Assembly: GCA_028714455.1 (NCBI GenBank)
Contig: JAQTMG010000001.1
Location: forward strand, 64,568-128,567
Source: Patescibacteria group bacterium
GTDB lineage: Bacteria; Patescibacteriota; Patescibacteriia; CAIXNZ01
Length of the DNA: 64,000 bases
Direction: 5' to 3'
Below the pieces are notes generated by a model. It saw only the letters and a list, made by a program, of their open reading frames with translations, searched no databases and was not told the origin of the DNA. The position numbers were made by a program, and so were the translations under genes. Shown here piece by piece: positions 28,379 to 37,962 of the stretch. Within the stretch, counting starts at the first letter, position 1; each line of letters opens with the position of its first letter.

Positions 28379-28909
28379 GTGAAAAAACTGGTTTTGTTGG
28401 CGGCACTTTTGGTCATCTCAACCTGCCTGCTGGAGGCAAAAAACTCCGACCGTCATTCATTCACCAACAAAAAAAGCGGCTATGCTCTTTCGTGTCCCGA
28501 CGGCTGGACCATGGCTTATGAGGAACAAATCAATCTCCTAAGTCTGTACTCGCCTGACGCGAAAAAGCACCCGAACGACACGCTGGATCTGGAACGCGGG
28601 TTAAAGATCGAGCTGACACCGATGAAAAACGCGGCTGACTTTGACGAAATTATCAAGCCGAAAGACGACAGCGGCCAGACCTGTTCGTACAAACCCAGAA
28701 GCATCCTTATCCTGGGCAAGGAAAAAGTCCAAATCTACGCCTGCGACGACGGCGAAACTCTGTTTCTGGCCGCGCTAAGGCAGGATGGCAAAAAATTTAT
28801 CGCGGCCTTTGGCTACGTCCCTGAAAAAGACAAGTGGAATTTTTACACGGATGAATTTGCCAAGACGCTTTCTCGCCTCAAATTCATTGAAACAAGCGGC
28901 TCCAAGTGA
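28379..28909 (+). CDS. secreted/lipoprotein-like hypothetical protein (GTG start; cassette-like unit)
   Basis: Promoter TTGACA-17-TAAGAT at 28274-28302. GGGAGGTAAC SD. Signal peptide. Terminator at 28889-28925. Confidence 0.5.
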   Translation: MKKLVLLAALLVISTCLLEAKNSDRHSFTNKKSGYALSCPDGWTMAYEEQINLLSLYSPDAKKHPNDTLDLERGLKIELTPMKNAADFDEIIKPKDDSGQTCSYKPRSILILGKEKVQIYACDDGETLFLAALRQDGKKFIAAFGYVPEKDKWNFYTDEFAKTLSRLKFIETSGSK

Positions 28910-29001
28910 GCCGCTTTTCTTTTTTCGTGTTTGACAAACCAGAACCATAAAGAATAAAATCAATTAACTGGACCTTTAAAAATCAAAGGAGGACGAATCA
29001 A

Positions 29002-30078
29002 ATGAAATTAAAAAAATTTCAAGGCGCGCTTGCTCATTTGGCTTTTGACCCCGGAAAATCAAGGGGCCGTCTTGGCTGCTCTTGCGCCGGACCAAAACGT
29101 TTCGATGATGACGATTTTTTGTCCAAAAACGTTAACCTCTTCCAAGTTGATATCGTAAAAATTCTCAACAGCAAAGCGCTGCGCCGGGCCTCGGGCAAGA
29201 CCCAGGTTTTCCCGATTCCAAACAACCCCCATATCCGTACGAGGCAGCTGCATACGCTTGAAGTTGCAGCCGTGGCCATACCGATCGCCAGCATCTTGGG
29301 CCTGAACGTGGAGCTTTGCGAGGCCATCGCCTATGGCCACGACATCGGCCACGCGCCGTTTGGGCACTTTGGCGAACGTTATATCACGGAAAAGTCAAAC
29401 AAACCCTTCTTGCACGCGGTCAGTTCGGCCATCGTGGCCCAAAGGATTGAAAGGAAAGGAAGCGGGCTTAATCTCTGTTTTGAGACGTTGCAAGGGATAT
29501 TAACCCATTCGGGCACAAGAGACTTTGGTGTCAAATTCAATCAGGCTCTGCCCCAGGAATATCTGACCGTGAAGCTGGCCGACAAAATCGCCTTTACTTT
29601 CTCCGATTACAACGACGCCGAGCGAGTCGGCATGATCACCGAGCCAAATGATTCTGGCATCTTTTCTCTCGGCGATTATCAGCGTGTTCGGGTGGCCAAG
29701 TGCATTGAGGCGGCCGTAATTGAAAGCGCGGAAAAGGGCCATGTCTCATTCAAAGAATCTAAGGCCGCGAAAAAATTCATGAAATTACGCGAGTGGCTCT
29801 TTGAAAAGGTCTATCTGCCAATCAATTTTGATGTCCAGCGAGCCTACCTGGATCGGCTGTTAGACTTTCTCACCAAAGATTCTCATTTTGAAGGCTGCGA
29901 TCCATTTCTGCTCATCTCACTAATGACTGACCAAGAAGTTTTCAAATTTGGTGAATTTTGCAACAGCGCGACCATCCCCAAATTCGAAGCGCTCCAGAAT
30001 TTCGGCGTAATCGAAATACTGGACTGGCTCCGGGGAAAAAAGTTTGATTTCTCCAGTTTCGATCTGAAACAAGTCTAA
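29002..30078 (+). CDS. dGTP triphosphohydrolase-like HD-domain phosphohydrolase
   Basis: ..ALRRASGKTQVF.....HIRTRQLHTLEVA.....GHDIGHAPFGH. matches the dGTPase N-terminal/HD motifs. AAAGGAGGACG SD. GC-elevated. Confidence 0.75.
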   Translation: MKLKKFQGALAHLAFDPGKSRGRLGCSCAGPKRFDDDDFLSKNVNLFQVDIVKILNSKALRRASGKTQVFPIPNNPHIRTRQLHTLEVAAVAIPIASILGLNVELCEAIAYGHDIGHAPFGHFGERYITEKSNKPFLHAVSSAIVAQRIERKGSGLNLCFETLQGILTHSGTRDFGVKFNQALPQEYLTVKLADKIAFTFSDYNDAERVGMITEPNDSGIFSLGDYQRVRVAKCIEAAVIESAEKGHVSFKESKAAKKFMKLREWLFEKVYLPINFDVQRAYLDRLLDFLTKDSHFEGCDPFLLISLMTDQEVFKFGEFCNSATIPKFEALQNFGVIEILDWLRGKKFDFSSFDLKQV

Positions 30079-30085
30079 CCAAAAA

Positions 30086-30118
30086 ACGCCTGGAATAATC
30101 CGGGCGTTTTTCTTTTTA
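30086..30118. terminator. bidirectional intrinsic terminator
   Basis: ACGCCTGG-aataat-CCGGGCGT hairpin followed by TTTTTCTTTTT. Confidence 0.5.
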
Positions 30119-30123
30119 TAAAA

Positions 30124-30387
30124 TTACGGTACTGGATCGTGACCGCCTTTGGCAAGTGGATGACAGCGCATTATTCTTTTGGCGCCCAACCAAGTGCCTT
30201 TGATAACTCCATACTTTTGAATTGCCTCAAAAGTATATTCACTGCAAGTCGGATAAAAGCGGCAGCCCCAGAAAGGGAAGATGTAGCGCATTGGTCCGTG
30301 GTCAAACGATAAAGTTCTTTGATAAATCAAAATAACTAAAAGTGTGACGTTTTTTATCTGTTCTCCGATAGTTTTAATAATTTTCAT
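30124..30387 (-). CDS. yidD: membrane protein insertion efficiency factor YidD
   Basis: ..YQRTLS.....[19 protein letters not shown]...RI.RCHP....G.DPVP. Confidence 0.85.
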   Translation of the reverse strand: MKIIKTIGEQIKNVTLLVILIYQRTLSFDHGPMRYIFPFWGCRFYPTCSEYTFEAIQKYGVIKGTWLGAKRIMRCHPLAKGGHDPVP

Positions 30388-30737
30388 ATGAGTCTGGCTT
30401 TTCTTAAAGCTTCGCCCAGCACCCGCTCAATTTCCTTAAAATCCGCCACCCTGCCTTTCTCATAAATGATTTTAGGGGAAGTGATTACGGCAATGTCATA
30501 GCCGCTGGCAATCTGGCCCAAATTGTGGCGTAGAATCTCGCGGATTCTGCGCCTGATCAAATTGCGCTTATTTGCTCTTTTACTCACCTTGTTTGAGGTA
30601 ATTATGACAAAACGGGAGTAATTTAATCCGTTTTTCTGAAATCTTAGCACCAAAAATAAAAAATAAACCGCTTTGCCGTGCTTCATCAGCGACTCGATGT
30701 CTTTTTTAAGCTTTAAGCGGTTTATTTTTTTTAACAT
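30384..30737 (-). CDS. rnpA: ribonuclease P protein component
   Basis: Small basic protein placed between rpmH and yidD, with RnpA-like motifs. Confidence 0.8.
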   Translation of the reverse strand: MLKKINRLKLKKDIESLMKHGKAVYFLFLVLRFQKNGLNYSRFVIITSNKVSKRANKRNLIRRRIREILRHNLGQIASGYDIAVITSPKIIYEKGRVADFKEIERVLGEALRKARLI

Positions 30738-30744
30738 ACTGTTT

Positions 30745-30897
30745 TCTATTTTCTCTTAGACCTCACGGTCAAGCGATGCCTGCCCTTGGCTCTTCTTCTT
30801 TTAAGTACGTGACGGCCATTTTTGGTCTTCATGCGCGCTCGAAAGCCGTGGGTTTTGGCTCTTTTTCGCTTTTTCGGCTGATAAGTTCTCTTTGGCA
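30745..30897 (-). CDS. rpmH: 50S ribosomal protein L34 (not in the ORF track; 50 aa)
   Basis: Hand-translated: [50 protein letters not shown]. Confidence 0.85.
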
Positions 30898-31103
30898 TAA
30901 AAGTGTAATAATTTATCGTGAAATTATACAGAGATAATAACAGTTGTGGAAAAATTTGTCAAAAAAAAAATTATGTATTAAGATGAATCCACAATTTGTG
31001 AACAAGCTATTAACATTTGTGACTTTTCTTAGATTTTTGTTCAATCTTTTTTATGTTATTATTTAATATAACGACTTCCTCAATCAAATAATTTCGGGGG
31101 ATT
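30898..31103. other. candidate oriC segment 1 (rpmH-dnaA spacer), AT-rich with DnaA-box-like 9-mers
   Basis: GAATCCACA and TTGTGGAAA / TTGTGAACA motifs. Classic rpmH<->dnaA position. Confidence 0.4.
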
Positions 31104-32477
31104 ATGAATACTCAACAAATTTGGCAAGCGGTTTTAGGAGAATTAGAGCTTGGCTTATCAAAAGCCAATTTTACTACCTGGTTTAAGGGCACTTTTATTT
31201 TAGATTTGAATGAGAATAAAGTCATCGTTGGCGTCCCCAACGGCTTTACCAAGAGTTGGCTGGAAAAAAAGTACACTTCGGACATCTTAAAAGCCTTGAG
31301 GAGCATTACGGAAACGAATTTGCGCGAAATTTCTTTCACTGTTTCTTCGCTCAAGAACACGCCCAAGGAAATAACCGAGATTATCGCCACCGAAGGCCAA
31401 AAGCCGGCCGTTTCAGTTGATTCTGTTTCCCGCCGCCAGACAGCTCCCAATATTATCGGCTTAAACCCCAAATATACTTTCACCACTTTTGTGGTCGGCA
31501 AAAATAACGAACTCGCTCGCGCCGCGGCCACGGCCGTAGCCTCAAACCCGGGCGTGACCTATAATCCTCTTTTTATTTATGGCGGCGCTGGATTGGGCAA
31601 GACCCATCTGCTCCAAGCTATTGGCCACGAAGTCTTGGCTAAGCACCCTGAAAAAAAAGTGCTCTATTTAACCTGCGAAAAATTCACCAATGACTTTGTC
31701 AACGCCGTGGGAAGCGGCCGCGCCAATGGCTTTAAAGACCTTTACCGCAACGTTGACGTTTTATTAATTGACGACATCCAATTCATCGCCGGCAAAGAGG
31801 GCACCCAGGAAGAATTTTTTCATACCTTCAACGCCCTGCACCAAAATAACAAACAACTGATTCTGTCTTCTGACCGACCGCCCAAATCGATCCCGGCCTT
31901 GGAAAATCGCTTGCTGACAAGATTTGAATGGGGCATGATCGCTGACATCTCTTGCCCAGATTATGAAACACGTCTGGCCATTTTAAAATCAAAATCACAA
32001 GAAAAAAATTATACGCTCGAACACGGGGTCTTAAATTTTTTAGCCAACACCATCTCCAGCAACATCAGGGAGCTCGAAGGCGCCTTGAACCGCATTATCG
32101 CTTACCACCAGCTCAATGGCCTGCCGCCCACCCTAGAAAGCGTGAAGAAAATATTGGCTAATATTACTACAAATTTACAGAAAAAGTCTTTAAACCCAAA
32201 AGATATTATGCAGACCGTCGCCAACTTTTATGATATTGCCATTGATGATGTGACTGGTAAATCTAGAGAGAAAAAGCTGGTCGTGCCCAGGCAAATAATT
32301 ATGTTTTTGATGCGCACGGAAATAAAAAGCTCTTTTCCGGCCATTGGCAATGAGCTGGGCGGCCGAGATCACACCACGGCCATGCATGCCGTCGGCAAAA
32401 TTCAGACAGATTATGATAATGATGAAAAAACCAGACGCGAGATAGAGCAAATCAAACAGCGACTTTATAATCTGTAA
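31104..32477 (+). CDS. dnaA: chromosomal replication initiator DnaA
   Basis: Full-length DnaA similarity (AAA+ GGAGLGKTHLLQAIG, C-terminal DNA-binding domain). Confidence 0.95.
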   Translation: MNTQQIWQAVLGELELGLSKANFTTWFKGTFILDLNENKVIVGVPNGFTKSWLEKKYTSDILKALRSITETNLREISFTVSSLKNTPKEITEIIATEGQKPAVSVDSVSRRQTAPNIIGLNPKYTFTTFVVGKNNELARAAATAVASNPGVTYNPLFIYGGAGLGKTHLLQAIGHEVLAKHPEKKVLYLTCEKFTNDFVNAVGSGRANGFKDLYRNVDVLLIDDIQFIAGKEGTQEEFFHTFNALHQNNKQLILSSDRPPKSIPALENRLLTRFEWGMIADISCPDYETRLAILKSKSQEKNYTLEHGVLNFLANTISSNIRELEGALNRIIAYHQLNGLPPTLESVKKILANITTNLQKKSLNPKDIMQTVANFYDIAIDDVTGKSREKKLVVPRQIIMFLMRTEIKSSFPAIGNELGGRDHTTAMHAVGKIQTDYDNDEKTRREIEQIKQRLYNL

Positions 32478-32762
32478 TTTTTGTTCACAGCGTGTGGATT
32501 AATATAATTTTTTCTGCGCAAAAGTTCTGCACATTAACTTTAAAAAGAATTGATAACTTCGGTAAAATTTTCACACCAAAATCTTTTGACTTTTTCACCC
32601 ACTTTTTATCAACCCACATACTACTATCTTTTACATAACTTTTAAACAACCATTTTGGGGTGATTTAATAAAATTTTCTGAAGAAAAATAAAAAATTATT
32701 AAAAAAATATTTTTCATCCACATCCTTATTATAATTACTATTAATTAAAACTATAAAAAACT
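32478..32762. other. candidate oriC segment 2 (dnaA-dnaN spacer) with DnaA boxes and an AT-rich unwinding region
   Basis: TGTGGATTA (32494-32502), TTGTTCACA, TCATCCACA (about 32716-32724), TTATCAACC. Also long A/T runs. Confidence 0.45.
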
Positions 32763-33917
32763 ATGAAAGCAACTTGTACACAAGAAAATTTAAAACGCGG
32801 GCTAAATATTGTTTCGCACATTTCCAGTAAAAACACTTCTTTACAAATTTTGGGAAATGTTTTAATTAAAGCCGATAAAAATGTGGTGAGTTTAATTACC
32901 ACCAACTTAGAAATGGGCGTCAGATGCCAGGTCCGCGCCAAAGTTTACAAAGAAGGCAGTTACACTGTCAATTCCCGGCTGCTCAATGACTTCGTGGGTT
33001 TATTAAAAAATGAAAAAGTTGATCTGGAATTAAAAGATGACGCGCTTGAGGTTTGGACTGATAATCAGGAAACAAAAATTAAGGGTGAAAGCGCTGAAGA
33101 ATTTCCCTTAATTCCTCAAATCAGTAAAAAGTCAGCCTATGTTTGTGGTATTGATGAACTCGTGCGCGCGCTCACCCAAGTTTTATTCGCTGTTTCTGTT
33201 TCAGAAACCAGGCCGGAGATCTCGGGTGTGTATTTTAACTTTAGCGATGGCAATTTAACCATCGCGGCTACTGATAGTTATCGTTTGGCCGAGAAAAAGA
33301 TTAAATTAAACGAGAAAAATGAGGTTGAAAAAGAAGCCATTATCCCGGCCAAGACCGTGCAAGAGCTTTTCCGCATGCTTTCTTCTGTTTCTGGCTCTGC
33401 CAGCGAAGAGGGCGGCGCTAGTAAACTAGAGATTTACTTTGAAGAAAACCAGGTCATGTTCGTTTTTGACGATATTGAACTGGTTTCCCGCGTGATTGAG
33501 GGCCAATATCCAAATTACAAGCAAATAATTCCAGCCAGCCATAAAACAAGAGCCGTAGCCAATATCTCTGATCTGGTTAGCGCGGTCAAGGCGGCCTCTT
33601 TATTCTCACGCACTGGTATTTATGATATTAACTTTGAACTCAAAGAGGGCAAATTGGTTATCTCTTCAACCAATAGCCAATTGGGTGAAAGCAAATCAAG
33701 GGTAGCGGGTAAAATAGAGGGTGATGATAATAAGGTGGTTATCAATTACCGCTATTTATTAGATGGTTTGCAAAACATTGATTCAACTGATGTAGTCTTT
33801 GAAATGATTGACTCTTCAAACCCCTGCATCTTAAGGCCAGCCGAGAGCTTGAATGATAAAAATGAAGCCATTGCCGCCCAGGATTATTTGTATATCATAA
33901 TGCCGATTAAACAATAA
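32763..33917 (+). CDS. dnaN: DNA polymerase III beta sliding clamp
   Basis: Full-length beta-clamp similarity; gene order is dnaA-dnaN. Confidence 0.95.
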   Translation: MKATCTQENLKRGLNIVSHISSKNTSLQILGNVLIKADKNVVSLITTNLEMGVRCQVRAKVYKEGSYTVNSRLLNDFVGLLKNEKVDLELKDDALEVWTDNQETKIKGESAEEFPLIPQISKKSAYVCGIDELVRALTQVLFAVSVSETRPEISGVYFNFSDGNLTIAATDSYRLAEKKIKLNEKNEVEKEAIIPAKTVQELFRMLSSVSGSASEEGGASKLEIYFEENQVMFVFDDIELVSRVIEGQYPNYKQIIPASHKTRAVANISDLVSAVKAASLFSRTGIYDINFELKEGKLVISSTNSQLGESKSRVAGKIEGDDNKVVINYRYLLDGLQNIDSTDVVFEMIDSSNPCILRPAESLNDKNEAIAAQDYLYIIMPIKQ

Positions 33918-33968
33918 GTAGCGGCGTATTTTTTCGAAATAAATTTTAAAAAATATTTTATTAAACTC

Positions 33969-34292
33969 ATGTTGATTATTAGTTTTCTTATTTTATTCTT
34001 GGGTCTAATATTAAATTCAGTAGTTTTTTATTGGAACGAGATGTTAAAAAATGGATTTAGAACCGGTGCGCCGTACTATTTTATTAAGCATGGTGGCACC
34101 TATGCATTTGTAGATATAATTTTATTTTTTATAATCTTGTTTTTCGGGGGGTTACCATGGTATTTAGTAATCATTTGTTATTTATTGTCAATGATAGTCG
34201 CAGTTACAATATCGGAGAAAAAATATAAGCAGAGGCTAGGGGAAATAATAAAAGATGAAGAAAAAGAAGGGGGTAACCCATTTACAAAATAA
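33969..34292 (+). CDS. small integral membrane protein
   Basis: Three predicted TM helices. No domain recognised. Confidence 0.4.
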   Translation: MLIISFLILFLGLILNSVVFYWNEMLKNGFRTGAPYYFIKHGGTYAFVDIILFFIILFFGGLPWYLVIICYLLSMIVAVTISEKKYKQRLGEIIKDEEKEGGNPFTK

Positions 34293-34402
34293 GAATATAC
34301 CCAAGAATTAAAAAATTTTGATAAGGCACGAAAAATACAGGGAAAATGGAGAAATATTAAATAATAGTATTTTTAAAGCTTAATATGAATTTTTAAAACA
34401 GT

Positions 34403-34867
34403 ATGATTATAGAAACTTCCTCGATCGTTATAGCCGGGCTCTCATTTACATTATCAATATATGTTATATTAAGGGATAGGAAAAATAAAAAGCATGATAA
34501 CCTTGTTGACGCTCGCGAAAGAATTTTGAACATATTTGATGAAGAAGAAGTGCTCACACCAGATGAAATGCAGGAGCACTTTGAAGACAACCCCGAATCT
34601 TATGAAGCACAAAAACTCAGGGCGGAATTGCGCGATAAATCTTTCAAGGTAGATCGGGAGTTCGAATATCTTTGTTTCTTAGTTATAAAAAAGCAGGTTG
34701 ATTTTCAGGAATTTTTCAATCTATTTCATAAGTGGCTTGCCATGAGAGATTTAATGTGGACGGATTACCAACAGTATAAACAAGAAAATTTACCTTTTAC
34801 TTGGAGGGTTATAAAACTGTCGAAAGATAAAAAATTATTACCGCTAAAGAAAGTCGATAATAAATAA
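34403..34867 (+). CDS. hypothetical protein with an N-terminal TM anchor
   Basis: ORF only. Confidence 0.45.
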   Translation: MIIETSSIVIAGLSFTLSIYVILRDRKNKKHDNLVDARERILNIFDEEEVLTPDEMQEHFEDNPESYEAQKLRAELRDKSFKVDREFEYLCFLVIKKQVDFQEFFNLFHKWLAMRDLMWTDYQQYKQENLPFTWRVIKLSKDKKLLPLKKVDNK

Positions 34868-34958
34868 AAGGGAGCATATCAAAGTGCTTCTTTTTATTTT
34901 TAACCTTTGAAAAATAAAAGCCGCCTCAACTTTTCAGTATCGGCGGCTGTAGCGCTAG

Positions 34959-35147
34959 TTATACAGGCTTTCTTTTCAGCACGATCACATACTCTGCGGG
35001 CTTTATGCCCGTGAGCACAGGGATTATTCCGAGCTGCGAAAGGTCAACAGAGTTGGCCTTGATTTCCAGCGTCGGGTCTTCCTTGTACTTTGCCGTGGCC
35101 TCTTCAAGATCTCCCTCTTCAACAATGATAACAATCGCACTCGCCAT
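34959..35147 (-). CDS. 62-aa acidic small protein (cassette-like unit)
   Basis: MASAIVIIVEEGDLEEATAKYKEDPTLEIKANSVDLSQLGIIPVLTGIKPAEYVIVLKRKPV. AAGGAGGTAAAAATG SD. TTGACA-17-TACATT promoter (minus strand). Terminator hairpin at 34911-34950. Confidence 0.5.
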   Translation of the reverse strand: MASAIVIIVEEGDLEEATAKYKEDPTLEIKANSVDLSQLGIIPVLTGIKPAEYVIVLKRKPV

Positions 35148-35330
35148 TTTTACCTCCTTGGGTAGATTTGGTTGTATTTTACAACACGATTTCTTTACCA
35201 AAATGTATCTCAAATAATAAATTATGTCAATAGTGTAATTACTGGTTTTATTTAACTCATTTTCATGATAAAATTATAAGAGTTTAGTATTAATTAATAC
35301 ACCCGCTGGAGTGGGAATAAAATAAAATTT

Positions 35331-36044
35331 GTGCCTAAATTAATTTTTGACATTGAGACAATTGGCGAAGATTTTGATTCTTTAGACAAGACCACGCAGG
35401 AAAATCTGACGCACTGGCTGAAAAATGAAGCGCTGACTGACGAAGAATACAAATCCAAAATGGAATATATTAAAAACCGAATGGGTTTTAATCCATTGAC
35501 TGGCGAGATCGTGGCCATTGGTGTTTTGGAATACGAAACCAATCGGGGTGCGGTTTATTATCAGGCGCCGAATCAGAAAGTTGAGGAGTTAGAAGAAGAT
35601 GGCATTAAATACAAGGCCATGTCAGAAAAAGAAATGCTGGGAAAATTCTGGCAAGGCATGATTAATTATACGGAGTTTGTTAGTTTTAATGGCCGCGCCT
35701 TTGATGTGCCATTTTTGATGATTCGCTCGGCTATCAATGGCGTTAAACCAACCAAGGATTTAATGTCTAATCGCTATTTGAACAGTCAGAAGTTTAATGC
35801 CTTGCACATTGATTTAAAAGACCAGCTTTCTTTTTACGGCGCTGTTTATCGCCACGACAGTTTACATTTGTTTTGCCGGGCTTTTGGCATTAAGAGTCCT
35901 AAAGCCGAGGGGATAACCGGTGATGATGTGGCGCGGCTTTTTAAAGAAAAAGAATTTAAAAAAATCGCGGAGTATAATTCCTGGGATTTGCGCGCGACTC
36001 GGCGACTTTATGATTATTGGGATAAATATCTGAATATAAAATAA
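35331..36044 (+). CDS. RNase-H-fold 3'-5' exonuclease (PolB-exonuclease-domain-like), GTG start
   Basis: ExoI motif LIFDIETIG, plus later Asp/Tyr motifs. Confidence 0.7.
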   Translation: MPKLIFDIETIGEDFDSLDKTTQENLTHWLKNEALTDEEYKSKMEYIKNRMGFNPLTGEIVAIGVLEYETNRGAVYYQAPNQKVEELEEDGIKYKAMSEKEMLGKFWQGMINYTEFVSFNGRAFDVPFLMIRSAINGVKPTKDLMSNRYLNSQKFNALHIDLKDQLSFYGAVYRHDSLHLFCRAFGIKSPKAEGITGDDVARLFKEKEFKKIAEYNSWDLRATRRLYDYWDKYLNIK

Positions 36045-36946
36045 TGTTTTGGCTTTACATCACAATTTTTTCTTATTTGCTTTTTGCCTTAGCCAACTTA
36101 GGCGATAAACTGATGGTTAGCAAATATCAAACCAAACCAGTGGTTTATGCTTTTTATGTTGGCTTTTTGGGAATCGTGGGTTTGGTTTTAATTCCTTTTG
36201 GCGTTATTAATCCTGGCGCGAGCCAGATTATTTGGTCACTTTTGGCTGGCCTGGCTTTTGTAGGCGCTCTTTATTTTATGTACCAGGCGCTGCACATCGG
36301 TGAGACAACCAGAGCCATCACAATTTTGGGCGGCACCAGCCCGATTTTTACTTTTATTTTTTCATTATTTTTTATTCCTGAAAATCTAAGATTAACCGAG
36401 TTGGTTGCTTTTTTTGTTCTAATCATGGCCATTGTTATTCTCTCTTGGCCGCCCAAGGATCATATAAGTAAAAAAATTCAGCACCAGCAGACAAAGTTTG
36501 CGCTGATCGCGGGAATTTTTTATGCGGCCAATTATGTGCTTTCCAAATTTGTTTACGCGCACCAGCCGTTTGTTTCTGGATTTTTTTGGATCAGAATCGG
36601 TTGTGTTATCACGGCCTTGCTTATTTTGCTCTGGCCCAGAAACAGAAAAGCTATCTCGCTGGATTTGCGCAAACCCAAGAAGCAAAAAAAAGCGGGTTTA
36701 CTTTTGGGCGTACAGATTCTGGGGGGACTGGGCGTGATTGGTCAAAATATCGCGCTTTCGCTGACCAGTGCCAGCTTAGTTAATGCCTTGCAGGCTATTC
36801 AATACGCTTTTATTTTTGTACTCACGGCGCTTTTGGGCAAAAAGATTCCAGTACTTTTGGAAAAACTTCACCCAAAAGAGATTATCAGGAAAATTATTGC
36901 TATAATATTAATAAGCATCGGTCTCTACCTGATAACCATTTCTTAA
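36044..36946 (+). CDS. EamA/DMT-superfamily transporter
   Basis: Ten TM helices in a duplicated 5+5 arrangement. Confidence 0.75.
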   Translation: MFWLYITIFSYLLFALANLGDKLMVSKYQTKPVVYAFYVGFLGIVGLVLIPFGVINPGASQIIWSLLAGLAFVGALYFMYQALHIGETTRAITILGGTSPIFTFIFSLFFIPENLRLTELVAFFVLIMAIVILSWPPKDHISKKIQHQQTKFALIAGIFYAANYVLSKFVYAHQPFVSGFFWIRIGCVITALLILLWPRNRKAISLDLRKPKKQKKAGLLLGVQILGGLGVIGQNIALSLTSASLVNALQAIQYAFIFVLTALLGKKIPVLLEKLHPKEIIRKIIAIILISIGLYLITIS

Positions 36947-36947
36947 C

Positions 36948-37946
36948 ATGAAAAAGAGAAAAAAACTTATACTCAAGATAGTTATTTTTGTCATTGTCAT
37001 CTTGGCTTTAGCGCTTTATGTTTTGTCGCTTTATACATTTAACCCCAATAAAAAAATTGTCTACGGTGTTACCTTTTCCGAGGAATACGCCTCGCAAATT
37101 GGTCTTGATTGGAAGCAAACCTTTACCGCGCTTTTAGATGATTTAAAAATTAGATACATTAGAATCCCTACTTATTGGGATAATATTCATCCCGAAGAAA
37201 ATATTTATAATTTTAATGATGTTGATTGGCAGGTAAACGAGGCAGCCAAGCGTGATGCTCATATTGTTTTGATAGTTGGTCGCAGGCAACCGCGCTGGCC
37301 AGAATGCCATGATCCGGCCTGGGTCAGCGGCCTGAATGATGCGACAGCTCATGATAAAGTTATGACCGACATCAAGGCCGTGGTTAATCGTTATAAAAAT
37401 AATAAAGCCATTGAAATTTGGCAGGTGGAAAATGAACCGTTTCTGGATTTTTTTGGTGAGTGCCCCAAGATGTCAAAAAAAGAAGTAGCCGAAGAAGTTG
37501 CTTTAGTCAAAAGTCTTGATACTCGCCGAATTTTGCTGACTGATTCTGGTGAGTTAAGTTCCTGGTATCCCTTAATTAAAATGTCAGATCTATTTGGCAC
37601 CACTTTATATCGCACCACCTGGAACAAACTAATTGGTTATTGGCATTATTTTTTCATTACGCCTTCATTTTATCGAGTCAAAGCCTTTCTGTGGGGTAAA
37701 CCCCAGGAGGCGGTGTATGTGGCGGAACTGCAAGCCGAGCCTTGGATCGTTAACGATCTAGTCACCACTCCGTTAACTGAACAGTTTAAAACAATGAACG
37801 CCAAGATACTCGTCCAGAATGCCGACTTTGCCAACAAGACAAATTTTTATCGCGCTTATTTTTGGGGAGCGGAATGGTGGTATTGGTTAAAGACGGCCAA
37901 AAACGATAATTCGGTCTGGGAAGCGGCCAGAAAATACTTTAAATAG
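36948..37946 (+). CDS. membrane-anchored glycoside hydrolase (GH5-like TIM barrel)
   Basis: An N-terminal TM helix and the WQVENEP motif (GH5 NEP catalytic-acid signature). Confidence 0.6.
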   Translation: MKKRKKLILKIVIFVIVILALALYVLSLYTFNPNKKIVYGVTFSEEYASQIGLDWKQTFTALLDDLKIRYIRIPTYWDNIHPEENIYNFNDVDWQVNEAAKRDAHIVLIVGRRQPRWPECHDPAWVSGLNDATAHDKVMTDIKAVVNRYKNNKAIEIWQVENEPFLDFFGECPKMSKKEVAEEVALVKSLDTRRILLTDSGELSSWYPLIKMSDLFGTTLYRTTWNKLIGYWHYFFITPSFYRVKAFLWGKPQEAVYVAELQAEPWIVNDLVTTPLTEQFKTMNAKILVQNADFANKTNFYRAYFWGAEWWYWLKTAKNDNSVWEAARKYFK

Positions 37947-37962
37947 ACCTTTTATTTTTAGT

